Below are positions 46,908-56,449 of a DNA stretch of 64,000 bases, in pieces. A program made the position numbers and the translations under genes. This stretch comes from Candidatus Woesearchaeota archaeon. GTDB taxonomy: Archaea > Nanobdellota > Nanobdellia > Woesearchaeales > UBA525. Each line of letters starts with the position of its first letter. Position 1 is the stretch's first letter. The stretch is taken from positions 400-64,399 of the forward strand of contig DAHXMN010000001.1 in assembly GCA_027371725.1 (NCBI GenBank). Direction: 5' to 3'. The notes beneath the pieces are model-generated. The model had not been told where the DNA came from. It was given only the letters and a program-made list of their open reading frames with translations, and searched no databases.

Positions 46908-47423
46908 TTGCGCCTTCTCCGAATAGTGATGGAACGACCCGCAATCTCACCGATCGTCAAGCCCGGCCACTACACGCACGTCTCAGCCTCGGAGATGCTC
47001 GACCAGCTCCTCACCGAGAACCTGGGACTCGCCGTCGCCGTGGCCACGTTCAAGCCGGACCCGTTCAATCCGCTCTTCAACGAGTACGGGCTCGGCCATC
47101 TCACGCACCCGTTCCTCGTCAATGACGCCACGAACCGCGCGTACAGCCGCTTCCTCTCAGAACATGCTGTCGGCGCCTCGGCCATCATCATTCCCGGCAC
47201 CGCACCAAGCGCACAGGATCTCGTGGTGCCGACCGCTCAATGGCTGAAGAGGCTCGGCCTGAATGCGGAACCTTTCCCCCAGGCATCTTATTCAGACCGC
47301 GATGTCAACCGTTCGGTCATGCTCTTCCGGGATGGCCGCATGGAGATCAAGACGCAGTACGCCCGCAAAGACCCCCGTCTCGCACCGATCCTCTTCGATT
47401 TCAGGGAGCGACGGTTCGCGTAA
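46908..47423 (+). CDS. hypothetical protein
   Basis: 171 aa. Confidence 0.4.
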   Translation: MRLLRIVMERPAISPIVKPGHYTHVSASEMLDQLLTENLGLAVAVATFKPDPFNPLFNEYGLGHLTHPFLVNDATNRAYSRFLSEHAVGASAIIIPGTAPSAQDLVVPTAQWLKRLGLNAEPFPQASYSDRDVNRSVMLFRDGRMEIKTQYARKDPRLAPILFDFRERRFA

Positions 47424-47609
47424 CCCTCTTGGGCACGACAAGCCCTGTCGGCATCATCGCCGTGGGCTGCTCGCGTATCGCTCTAGCGACTGAATGGCCT
47501 CCTCCCCGTAGGGGGCAACCCCCTCGTCGGCCTTCGCCGTTCTCTTCGTCACGCTCGCCCTTTGGTCGACGGCGATGATGATGTCGACACGCCTGGCACG
47601 ACAAAAAGA

Positions 47610-47617
47610 TTTATAAA
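47610..47617 (+). promoter_or_regulatory. TATA box (TTTATAAA) about 27 nt upstream of the rpoL ATG; implies a leaderless mRNA
   Basis: Archaeal TATA consensus at the appropriate spacing. Confidence 0.5.
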
Positions 47618-47639
47618 GCGTTCCCAGTTCACGCGACGC

Positions 47640-47909
47640 ATGGAACTGAACGTTCTCGAAAAGAAGAAATACCGACTCATCTTCGAGTTGCCGGGCGCAG
47701 ACCACACGCTCTGCAACGCCCTCAAGACTGAGCTGTGGAACGATGGCGACGTCAAGGTGGCGACGTACACGATCAACCACCCTCTGGTCGCCGTGCCCAA
47801 GTTCATCCTCGAGACGAAGGGCAAGGATGCGGCCGAGGCGCTCGTCGAGGCGATTGGCCGGCTCCAGAAGCAGTTCAAGTCCTTCGCGACCGTGCTCGCC
47901 AAGGTCTGA
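47640..47909 (+). CDS. rpoL: DNA-directed RNA polymerase subunit L (Rpo11)
   Basis: MELNVLEKKKYRLIFELPGADHTLCNALK...ATYTINHPL matches the Rpo11/L pattern. Confidence 0.8.
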   Translation: MELNVLEKKKYRLIFELPGADHTLCNALKTELWNDGDVKVATYTINHPLVAVPKFILETKGKDAAEALVEAIGRLQKQFKSFATVLAKV

Positions 47910-48217
47910 GGCCTGCCGTCCACTACGTTCTTTGTTCTCTCCGTTCTTCTCTTCTTGCTCTACGTTCTTCACGTCCATCCTTACTGCGTCCGTTCTCGTT
48001 TCCGGGAATGCCGCCTTGGAACAATGCCCCGCGGCGCGCTTGGCACCGCAGTGCCAATCCGCTACGCGCGTTGCGGACAATCTGCCCGGACCGGAGGGAG
48101 AGCAATATCTCCGCGGCACTCCCGGAAACGTCTTTTTCCCCGTTTCCTGTCATTTTCATCAACTGTTGGCCGTCCTTTAGCAGAACATTTTTTAAGGCGG
48201 GAAGCAATAGACCTCCT

Positions 48218-48778
48218 ATGGATGAACGAGTCGGTACGCTCTTGATACGCTTGGCGCGACAGGCCATCGAGACCGCATTCACGAAGCGCGAAATCGACCT
48301 CTCGCAGTACAAGACTGAGAAACAGCTGGCTGGACGGCTCGGCGTCTTCGTCACCCTCACGAAGGACGAGGAATTACGCGGGTGCATCGGCTTCGTCGAA
48401 GGCGAACTTCCCCTGTATGGGGGTGTCGTCCACGCCGCCAGGGCGGCCGCGTTCGACGACCCACGGTTCCCCTCGCTCGAGCCCGAGGAGCTCGGCGAGG
48501 TCAGGGTCGAGGTGAGCGTCCTCACCCCGCCCAAGCGGATCAAGGTTCGGAACCCGGAAGAGTACCTGGGGAAGGTCCGTGTCGGCCGCGACGGCCTCAT
48601 CATCCGGAAAGGATTCTACTCGGGACTGCTGCTGCCGCAGGTGCCGGCCGAGTACGGGTGGAGCGTCGAGACGTATCTCGAGCACCTCTGCCTGAAAGCG
48701 GGGCTGGAGCCGAAGGCGTGGAAGGAGAAAGGCGTCGAAATAGAGGCGTTCCAGGCAGAGATCTTCTCAGAGAAGTAA
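48218..48778 (+). CDS. AMMECR1-domain protein
   Basis: GVFVTL ... LRGCIG hallmark. Confidence 0.8.
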   Translation: MDERVGTLLIRLARQAIETAFTKREIDLSQYKTEKQLAGRLGVFVTLTKDEELRGCIGFVEGELPLYGGVVHAARAAAFDDPRFPSLEPEELGEVRVEVSVLTPPKRIKVRNPEEYLGKVRVGRDGLIIRKGFYSGLLLPQVPAEYGWSVETYLEHLCLKAGLEPKAWKEKGVEIEAFQAEIFSEK

Positions 48779-48996
48779 GCGTCTTGAGCATTCTCTGACT
48801 CATCCGGAATATGCTGGTGATGTCTGCTGCCGTACTGTTTATTGATAATTTCCTGCAACACAGATATCGCGAAGAGAATAATGGGTGGGGTGTAGATTCC
48901 TTTTCGGTTCTTTCCAAGATAGTCTATGACTCTTCGGAACCCCGAAATATGCCCTGAATCCACATCATCAAGGAATCTATGGCGCACAAGAGATGC

Positions 48997-49659
48997 CTAC
49001 TCCGCGTCCCGGACGCAAGACGAGCAGACGAGCAGCCCGCGTATCGTCGAGAGCCTGTTCGAGAAATTGCCGCAGAGGTTGCATTCGCCCTGCTTGAACT
49101 CCGCGACGGGCTTCCGGTGGGCCTCGCGGATCTCGTACTTGTCCACGATGAGGTCGAACAATTCCGGTTCGATGCGGAGGATGTCCTTGACGGTGATGAA
49201 ACCGACGAGGTTCCCGTCATCCAGCACGGGCAGGTGACGGACGTCGAGCTCTCGCATCAGGTTGAGGGCGTCGAAGACGTCCATGCCCGGGCCGGCAGTC
49301 GCCATCTCGGACGCAGGCGTCATGATCCGGCTGACCGGCGTCTTCTGGACGTCCATCGCCTCCACCATGGCTTTCCGCACCAGGTCGAACTCGGTCACGA
49401 TGCCCGCAAGTTCCTCGCCTCGCTTGAGGAGGACGCTGCCTACCTTCTTCTCTTTCATCAGCCGTGCGACGGCGTGGAGCGAGTCCTCGGCCGCGGCCGT
49501 AATCGGCCGCGTCGTCATGGCGTCGATGACCTTGTACCCTGTCCGCATGGCAACTACCCCGTCCGAATATCCTGTCCGTGCACAGGGAAGCATCTTATTT
49601 AAAGTTGCCGCCGGCCGGCTTCCCGACGGAGAAAGGGATGAACGGACGAAGAGCGCCAT
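48997..49659 (-). CDS. CBS-pair domain protein with a C-terminal zinc ribbon
   Basis: Two CBS motifs and C-terminal CNLCGN...CSSC. Confidence 0.65.
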   Translation of the reverse strand: MALFVRSSLSPSGSRPAATLNKMLPCARTGYSDGVVAMRTGYKVIDAMTTRPITAAAEDSLHAVARLMKEKKVGSVLLKRGEELAGIVTEFDLVRKAMVEAMDVQKTPVSRIMTPASEMATAGPGMDVFDALNLMRELDVRHLPVLDDGNLVGFITVKDILRIEPELFDLIVDKYEIREAHRKPVAEFKQGECNLCGNFSNRLSTIRGLLVCSSCVRDAE

Positions 49660-49700
49660 TCAGAAGATCGCGCCGTTGAAGCCGTCGATGAACGGCGTGC

Positions 49701-49949
49701 CTAGAACGCGAGATGCAGGAAATGGAGTATCAGTACCGCGGCGAAGCCGAAGATGCCGAAGACCGCAGTGAGGAGGACGCTCCACACGTCGATGATGAGT
49801 GAGGGCACCACGAGCTGGATCGCATAGAGCGCGAAGAACCCGATGATCGAGTTGACGGCGAGGAGCAGGCCGGTCTTGATCCCCCACCAGAGCAGTCCGA
49901 GGAGCAGGAAGAGGAGGACGATGCCGACAAGGATCAGCCAGAGGTACAT
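49701..49949 (-). CDS. small 2-TM membrane protein
   Basis: 82 aa, hydrophobic. Confidence 0.4.
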   Translation of the reverse strand: MYLWLILVGIVLLFLLLGLLWWGIKTGLLLAVNSIIGFFALYAIQLVVPSLIIDVWSVLLTAVFGIFGFAAVLILHFLHLAF

Positions 49950-50055
49950 GGTTACGGTTTGCCGACAGTGGTTTATATTTCTTTCCCCAATCCGCTCACA
50001 AGAGTCCTCTCAACAAACTAAAAAATTTATATACTATTCATGAGTAATTACAATT

Positions 50056-50463
50056 ATGCGTCTTTATCGAAGAATCGCACCCCATGCGCTCCTGCTCGGC
50101 GCTGCAGGGCTCGGTCTCGTCGGTTGCTCTGAGCAATCCGCTCAGAGACGACCAATGGCCGAAAACAAGCCGAAACCGATGGAATCGATGTATATGCGCG
50201 GAACCCTCAAATCCGAGCGCTTCCAGAAGAACCCGGCTGACCCGAATGAGTATTTCTTCACGCTCACGACCGAGAACGGATTCAAGATGTTTGAATGCTA
50301 TGGTGATGAGGAGGCTCAGATGATGGATGCCTTGCTCGATCCGGGAGATGAAGTTAAGATCGAGATCCCCGAAAGGGAACGGAAGTACAATCGTTTTTGT
50401 ATCGATCTCGGCGATATCGTCGAGCTCAATGGGAAGCAGCCTTTCCCTCGGAGAACATCATAG
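50056..50463 (+). CDS. putative lipoprotein (lipobox LVGC)
   Basis: Signal peptide plus lipobox. Confidence 0.45.
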   Translation: MRLYRRIAPHALLLGAAGLGLVGCSEQSAQRRPMAENKPKPMESMYMRGTLKSERFQKNPADPNEYFFTLTTENGFKMFECYGDEEAQMMDALLDPGDEVKIEIPERERKYNRFCIDLGDIVELNGKQPFPRRTS

Positions 50464-50489
50464 CCTTACGTTCTTAAGCGCTCCGGTTC

Positions 50490-51251
50490 TTAAGCGCTCT
50501 GACGCAGTCTCGTCCACAGCAGCGCTACCGTCCGTCGCGCGAGCGGCTCGAGGTTCCGGCAGTCCGCTTCGTTGTACTGGATGAGGAGGTCGAGCAGCTC
50601 CTTCTCCTCGGTGACACGGTACTCGTACCACAGGAGGGCGGCGTCAGCGCCGCTGAACCCTTCGATCTCCTCCCCTCGGCGTATATCGAAGACGCGCTCG
50701 ATCGTCTTGAGGCCGCCGGCCAGGCCGAGGCGGGCGCAGACGTGACGGAGGTCGACGTGGATCGCGTCCGGCGGCAGGACGCCGCCGAAGTACCGCTCGA
50801 TGATCGGCAGGTCGAAGCTGCTCCCGTTGAACGTTATGAAGACCTTATAATGCGAGAAGAGATCCCGTACGAGTTCCTTCTCGAGATTCGTCCCTTTGAC
50901 GAAGCAGTAGTACCTCTGGCCGTCCCACGCGCCGAGCACGGTGATGTCGCCGTACCGCTCGGCGGTCTCGATGTCGACGTAGAGGCACTCCTCGCTGAAG
51001 AGGTGATAGAGCCGCCAGTGCTCGTTCCGTGGCAGGAGCGCGGCGAGGGCACGATGGTCCTTCTCTTCGAGCAGTCCTTCGAACTCCTTGATCTTGAGCT
51101 CATAGAACGTCTTCCGGGACATCCCGATGCCCCGTATCCGTTTCCGTTCGCGGAACGAGTTCCAATCGGCTATCCCTTCGTCCCAGAGTTTCCGTTCCAT
51201 CGCCCGGCTCACCCGGTCGAGGAAGATGAATGATTGCGTGAGCGGCTCCAT
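50490..51251 (-). CDS. RNase H-like 3'-5' exonuclease family protein (YprB-like)
   Basis: ...YVDIETAE...FITFNGSSFDLP...YNEADC. Start chosen at MEPLTQ, about 25 nt after a TTTATAA box. Confidence 0.55.
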   Translation of the reverse strand: MEPLTQSFIFLDRVSRAMERKLWDEGIADWNSFRERKRIRGIGMSRKTFYELKIKEFEGLLEEKDHRALAALLPRNEHWRLYHLFSEECLYVDIETAERYGDITVLGAWDGQRYYCFVKGTNLEKELVRDLFSHYKVFITFNGSSFDLPIIERYFGGVLPPDAIHVDLRHVCARLGLAGGLKTIERVFDIRRGEEIEGFSGADAALLWYEYRVTEEKELLDLLIQYNEADCRNLEPLARRTVALLWTRLRQSA

Positions 51252-51274
51252 CCGGGAAACACGGAAAAAACCGT

Positions 51275-52300
51275 TTATAACTGCTGTGCCTGGCTGTCCA
51301 GTGGCTTCGCGAACGTCGCCGCCATGAGGAGCGGGAACACGATCGTGGCGTCGCAGTGGACCTTGACTGCAGGGGTGCGGGGCTTGATCTTCCCCCACGT
51401 GATGGCTTCGTCGATCCTTGCACCGGAGTCGGAGCCGTCATACTCCTCGGCGGTGTTGATATAGACCGCGTAGTCCAGCCCTTCGCGGAAGATGCACGCG
51501 TTGAGGATGTAGTGCTTCGCCACGCCCGCGCCCAGGATGATCGCGCCGGCCTTCTCCGCGTTCAGCGCGAGCTTCACGATGAGGTCGGTGTCCCGGCTCA
51601 CGTCGACGGTGAACTCCTTGTGCTGCTGCCGGAAGAAATGGATCAGGTCGCCGAGCGAGCCGTCCATCGGCGCCGGGCAGATGACTGGGATGCTGTTCTT
51701 CGCGGCCCAGTACAGGTAGGACTCCTCGTGGTTCGGCAGTTCCGCGACCGCTCCCCCCAGTGAGCGGTTCAACTCGTGCGTCGCGACCGCCGCAGGCAAT
51801 CCCTTGAGGACCTGCTGCATGAACTTGTCGAAATACGCGTACCTATCGTTCGGCACGAAGATGTTCCCTGTCCGGTTGATCCCGTTCTCGAAGAGCTGCT
51901 CGCCCGGCGCGTCGAAGCTGCCGACGACGAAGGGCTTCAGGCACTTGATGGCGTCCTCCTCGATGCCGCCGGCGGTGGTGACGATGCAGCTGACGAGCCC
52001 GTGCTTCGCGAGGAAGGTCAAGGCTTCCCGGTTGCCGCTGCTCACCATGTTGCTGGTGCAGCCGAGGAAAATCGTGGCTTTCTCGCGTCGCATGATGTTG
52101 ACGACGTCGATCGCCTTCGCGAGGTTCGCGGCCTGGAACCCGGTCGTCGCGAGCGCTTTGACGAACGCGTCCAGGTCGAAGCCGTCCGTGGCGTTGCGTT
52201 CGTAGCCGTATCCCCTGATCGCAGGGAGGTGGTCGAGGCTGGCGATGTTCCGCAGGCCGTCGTACTGCGCGTGTTTCCCTTTCTCTTTCGTGAGTTTCAT
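51275..52300 (-). CDS. dys: deoxyhypusine synthase
   Basis: 341 aa with a DHS family pattern (...GCTSNMVSSGNRE...TTAGGIEED...). Confidence 0.85.
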   Translation of the reverse strand: MKLTKEKGKHAQYDGLRNIASLDHLPAIRGYGYERNATDGFDLDAFVKALATTGFQAANLAKAIDVVNIMRREKATIFLGCTSNMVSSGNREALTFLAKHGLVSCIVTTAGGIEEDAIKCLKPFVVGSFDAPGEQLFENGINRTGNIFVPNDRYAYFDKFMQQVLKGLPAAVATHELNRSLGGAVAELPNHEESYLYWAAKNSIPVICPAPMDGSLGDLIHFFRQQHKEFTVDVSRDTDLIVKLALNAEKAGAIILGAGVAKHYILNACIFREGLDYAVYINTAEEYDGSDSGARIDEAITWGKIKPRTPAVKVHCDATIVFPLLMAATFAKPLDSQAQQL

Positions 52301-52570
52301 GGATGATCCCTCTGTGTTCTTCAGTCAGTTTTTATTCTTATACAACAAAACCCCGTTAATGACCGTCAAAAACCGATTAATCAGTTATTCTTAATTTTTT
52401 ATTAATTTATACAACGTTGACCGTCGTACTCAGAACTGGCGATGACTCGGCTCAGCTGCCGGACTTCCGCACGGAATCATGGGTCGCCATTCCCCTTGGG
52501 AAGTGTTGAGCTCCTTAAAAAAGTGATTGTTTATAAAGGAGGGGTTCCCTAATTCTTTTAGGATGGCCTG

Positions 52571-52810
52571 ATGCGGGATTCGGCTCGGAGGCGCGAGACG
52601 ATGAGGGACCGACGGACGATCATGGAAGTGGTCATGGGCTTCTGGCTGGGTGTTGGCCTGATGAGCATCATCAACGTATGGAAGATCACGCAGAGCGCGA
52701 ACCCGGTCCTCTACTCCTGGATCATGTTCGGCATCTCGATATTCTTCATCCTGATATGCCTGATCTATCTGATCGCCGCAAGGGCTGCGAAAAGCACGCA
52801 TAAGACATAA
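52571..52810 (+). CDS. small membrane protein
   Basis: 79 aa with two TM helices. Confidence 0.35.
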   Translation: MRDSARRRETMRDRRTIMEVVMGFWLGVGLMSIINVWKITQSANPVLYSWIMFGISIFFILICLIYLIAARAAKSTHKT

Positions 52811-52894
52811 GGGCCGAAAAATCCCCTGTCATCCTTTGGAGGGTTTCCGGGAATCCGCGGCATAGCTTCTTTAAAAGGGGCATCTTGAAGCGTA

Positions 52895-53350
52895 TTGATG
52901 CTCACGGACAACCACTTCGCCATCCTCGCCAAGCTCCGCGAAGACAGCAGGATGAGCCTCGCCAGGATCGGGCGGGAGACCGGCCTGCCGACCAGCACGG
53001 TCTTCGACCACTATCGGGACCTCCAGAAGCGGGCGATTGCGCGCCATGTCACTATCCCTGACTTCGGCCGGCTCGGCTACCCGCTCCGGAAACGGTACCT
53101 GCTCCGCACGGCCGACCGGAAACGGACGCTCGCCTGGCTCAAGGGTCATCCGAACGTGAACGACGTCTACCGCGTGGACAGCCATGACGCTTTTTTCGAG
53201 GCGTACTTCTCCGATGTCAACGCCGCGGAAGAGTTCAAAGCCAGCCTCCGGCAAGAGCTCAAGCCGCAGGAGCTGAAGGAGTTCGATATCCTCGAAGAGC
53301 TCAAGCATGAGGTGTTCGTCGTGAAGAACAGCGTTAGAGCTTCAGCGTAA
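52895..53350 (+). CDS. Lrp/AsnC-family transcriptional regulator
   Basis: HTH ...SLARIGRETGLPTSTVFDHYRDL plus a RAM-like C-terminus. Confidence 0.75.
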   Translation: MMLTDNHFAILAKLREDSRMSLARIGRETGLPTSTVFDHYRDLQKRAIARHVTIPDFGRLGYPLRKRYLLRTADRKRTLAWLKGHPNVNDVYRVDSHDAFFEAYFSDVNAAEEFKASLRQELKPQELKEFDILEELKHEVFVVKNSVRASA

Positions 53351-53744
53351 TCAGGTTCGTGTAGCCGTGCTTCCGTTTCTGGATGATGCCCCTGCTTTCC
53401 AGGGTCGCGATGACGCGGCTCGTCTTGACCGCGCTCAGTTGCGTCAGGGTGGCGAGGAACTTCTGCTCCACCTCCTTCCGCTCCATGAGAGTGCGGAGGA
53501 CCTTCCGCTCGTCCGTCGGCAGGACGGCGAGGAGCTTCTCGACGCGCCGGTCGTCCAGCTTGTCGCTGAAGAGGTAGACGACGAAGCCGCCGACGCCTAA
53601 AGCGAGCAGGGTGGTGCCGTAGAGGAAGAGCGGGTACTGGATCGAGCCGCCCATGTGCGCTAGGTGGTAGAGCGAGAACGCGGTGATCAGGACGCCCAGC
53701 CCGAGGACGAGGGCGCCGGAGATGAGGATCTTCTTGGTTTCCAT
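53334..53744 (-). CDS. membrane-anchored winged-helix protein (2 TM plus a C-terminal HTH)
   Basis: ...KVLRTLMERKEVEQKFLATLTQLSAVKTSRVIATLESRGIIQK. Confidence 0.5.
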   Translation of the reverse strand: METKKILISGALVLGLGVLITAFSLYHLAHMGGSIQYPLFLYGTTLLALGVGGFVVYLFSDKLDDRRVEKLLAVLPTDERKVLRTLMERKEVEQKFLATLTQLSAVKTSRVIATLESRGIIQKRKHGYTNLITLKL

Positions 53745-53775
53745 CGGTATCGCCGGAGAAAGAGGAGAAAGGTAT

Positions 53776-54129
53776 TTAAGGGTGATGGAGCTGGTGGAGC
53801 TGCCACGCCGCGTCGCTCAGGTTCGCGGGCTTCTCCGTCGGGAAGTCGCCGGTTGCCATCCACTGCTGCATGGTCTCGAAGTCCTGCAGTGAGATCCGGC
53901 CGGAGACGACCGCGTCATGCATCGGGCAGTCGAAGCCCGCCGGGTGGTAGGACGCCGCTTTCGCGTAGTCGCCGCTCGCCATCGCCTGCTGCATCGCCGA
54001 GAAGCCGTCGGCCGAGGCCATCTGCGCGTGCAGCTGGGCCATCGTGTAGTAGCCGCTCGCCGCGACGAGGGCGGCGCCGAGCGCGAGCGCCGCAATCACT
54101 GCGACGAGCACCTTCATCTTCCGTTCCAT
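53776..54129 (-). CDS. small secreted protein (signal peptide)
   Basis: Start chosen at MERKMKVLVAVIAALALGAALVAAS. Confidence 0.4.
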   Translation of the reverse strand: MERKMKVLVAVIAALALGAALVAASGYYTMAQLHAQMASADGFSAMQQAMASGDYAKAASYHPAGFDCPMHDAVVSGRISLQDFETMQQWMATGDFPTEKPANLSDAAWQLHQLHHP

Positions 54130-54276
54130 CGATACGCCTCCGGTCCGCGAGAGATGCGGGAAAGCCGACCGGCCATCCGCTCCCGGAACCTCTCTTGCCA
54201 CCATTTCATAAGATGAAACGAAGCATAAGATTACCTGAAATCAAAGAGAAAGGGGCGGAGCAAAGACGTCGCGTGT

Positions 54277-55185
54277 CTACATCTTCTCCAGCCGCTTGAT
54301 CCGTTCCTGTATGGGTGGGTGCGTGGAGAAGAGGTTCGTCCAGAAGCCGGTGCGGTCGCGGAAGGGTGTGCTGATGAAGAGGTGCGCGGTGGCGCGGTTC
54401 GCGTGGTCGACGAGCGGGTCCGGGTCCTTCGCGATCTTCTTCAGCGCGGAGGCGAGTCCGGGCGGGTAGCGCGTCAGCATCGCGCCGGACGCATCCGCGA
54501 GGTACTCGCGCTTCCGGCTGACCGCCAGCTTGATCAGCTGCCCGATCAAGGGAGAAAGTATCGCCAGGACCAGCCCGAGCACCATCAGGATGAGCTGCGC
54601 CTGGCCGCCTTCGCGGTCGCGGCGCCCGCCCCAGAGGAACGAGCGCAGCAATATGTCCGATAGCAGCGTCAGCACGGCGACGAGCACAGCCGTCAGGAGC
54701 ATGACTCTAATATCGTAATTCTTGATGTGACTCATCTCGTGCGCGATCACGCCTTCGAGCTCCTGACGGTTCATCGTCTTCAATAAGCCGGTCGTCACGC
54801 AGATCGCGCTGTTCGACGGGTCACGGCCGGTCGCGAACGCGTTCAACGCGCTATCGTCGATGACGTAGCACTTCGGCGTCGGCACGCCGGCAGCAAGAGC
54901 CAAGCCTTCAACGGTGTTGTACAAGTAGGGATACTCCTTCTTCGTCACCGCTCTCGCCCCTGTCGTCGAGAGCACCATGTCACTCCCGGCAAACCATGCG
55001 ATCAGGAAGTAGAGCCCGCCGACGACCAACGCCAGCACGACGCCGCCCAAGAACCCGCCGGGCGCGCCGCTGAACCAGTACCAGCCAATCACGCCGCCGA
55101 TCAGCAGCACGAAGACGAAGAAGAGGAGGATGATCGCTCCCGAGCGGAGCTTGTTCTTCCGCACCTCGTCGAAGAAGGTCGCCAT
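54277..55185 (-). CDS. htpX: HtpX-family M48 zinc metalloprotease
   Basis: HEMSH (HExxH) and TM helices. Confidence 0.85.
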   Translation of the reverse strand: MATFFDEVRKNKLRSGAIILLFFVFVLLIGGVIGWYWFSGAPGGFLGGVVLALVVGGLYFLIAWFAGSDMVLSTTGARAVTKKEYPYLYNTVEGLALAAGVPTPKCYVIDDSALNAFATGRDPSNSAICVTTGLLKTMNRQELEGVIAHEMSHIKNYDIRVMLLTAVLVAVLTLLSDILLRSFLWGGRRDREGGQAQLILMVLGLVLAILSPLIGQLIKLAVSRKREYLADASGAMLTRYPPGLASALKKIAKDPDPLVDHANRATAHLFISTPFRDRTGFWTNLFSTHPPIQERIKRLEKM

Positions 55186-55208
55186 CGAATCTCACCGAAA
55201 AAAACTGT

Positions 55209-55772
55209 TTAGAACTTCACCTTGACCGGCTCCTTGTCTTCGGGTGCGGCCTCGAAGCTCTGCTCCGACTTGAAGCCCATCATGTTGGCGAACATGTTCG
55301 TCGGGAAGACTTGGAGCTTCGTGTTGTACGTCATCACCATGTCGTTGTAGAACTGGCGCGCGTACGCAATCTTGCTCTCGGTCCCGCTCAGTTCCTCCTG
55401 GAGCTGCAGGAAGTTCTCGTTCGCCTTGAGCTGCGGATAGTTCTCCGCGACGGCGAACAATGACTTGAGCGTGTCGCCGAGCGCGTTCGAGGCCTTCGCT
55501 TTTTCGGCGACCGTGCCCGCTTTCATCATGTTCGCGCGCGCCTTCGTCACTTCCATGAAGACCTCGCGCTCGTGCTTCGCGTACCCTTTCACCGTCTCAA
55601 TCAGGTTCGGGATGAGATCCGCCCGCCGTTTCAGCTGCACGTCAATCTGCGCCCAGCTGTTCTTCACCTGGTTCCTCGTCCGGACAAGCCCGTTGAACAT
55701 CAGGACGAGCCAGAGCGCGACGACGATGACGACTATCAGTATGATCCATGCTATGCCGATCATCATGATCAC
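55209..55772 (-). CDS. lemA: LemA-family protein
   Basis: N-terminal TM plus LemA pattern. Commonly paired with htpX. Confidence 0.75.
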   Translation of the reverse strand: MIMMIGIAWIILIVVIVVALWLVLMFNGLVRTRNQVKNSWAQIDVQLKRRADLIPNLIETVKGYAKHEREVFMEVTKARANMMKAGTVAEKAKASNALGDTLKSLFAVAENYPQLKANENFLQLQEELSGTESKIAYARQFYNDMVMTYNTKLQVFPTNMFANMMGFKSEQSFEAAPEDKEPVKVKF

Positions 55773-56109
55773 CTCAACCCTTTGAGCGGGTGGTTCCCGA
55801 GGACGTTTTTAAAGGTTGTGGACGTTTACGCCATCGTTGCGCTGCTCGGCAATCGCTTGTTCCGTCCGAAAGCCTCCTCCCCAGTTGGGGGCGGAGTCGC
55901 TTCGCTCCAAGGATTCCCTGGAGTACGGGGAAGCTGAGCGTTCCGTGTGCCGAACCATCCGAATCCGCGCGCCTCGGAGCCAATCTTCCCCTCGGCCTCC
56001 GTCGTTTTCCCCGTCCGTCTCGCCTTTTGGCGGGCAGCGATGAGCGACCATGCGACCATAAGTTTATAAGCCCCTTTCCATTAACACCGCCACTCAAGGG
56101 GGTGGTCCG

Positions 56110-56415
56110 ATGGGACTGTGGAAAGAGTTCAAGGAGTTTCTCGAAGAGTACAAGGTGATGGGCCTCGCGGTCGCGTTCATCATGGGCGTCGCGATCACCG
56201 CGCTCGTCCAGTCGCTCGTCAACAATATCGTCATGCCGATCATCACGCCGTTCATCCCTGGGGGAGGGTGGAAGGACGCGACGTTCAGCATTGGGCCGAT
56301 CGTCATCGGCTGGGGCGCGTTCCTCGCAGCGCTGATCAACTTCATCATCATCGCGTTCGTCGTCTTCTTGATCGCGAAGATGGTGTTCAAGGAGCAGAAA
56401 GTGACGAAGAAGTAG
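56110..56415 (+). CDS. mscL: large-conductance mechanosensitive channel
   Basis: MGLWKEFKEFLEEYKVMGLAVAFIMGVAI... Confidence 0.85.
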   Translation: MGLWKEFKEFLEEYKVMGLAVAFIMGVAITALVQSLVNNIVMPIITPFIPGGGWKDATFSIGPIVIGWGAFLAALINFIIIAFVVFLIAKMVFKEQKVTKK

Positions 56416-56449
56416 GGCTAACCTTTTTTATTCTCTTCTCTCCGAACAA

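Noticed and set aside
47454-48119. 221-aa minus-strand ORF across rpoL
   Set aside because: Antisense to the well-supported rpoL and extends into the non-coding spacer.
53664-54299. 211-aa Arg/Ser/Pro-rich plus-strand ORF
   Set aside because: Antisense shadow of the secreted small protein gene 53776..54129.
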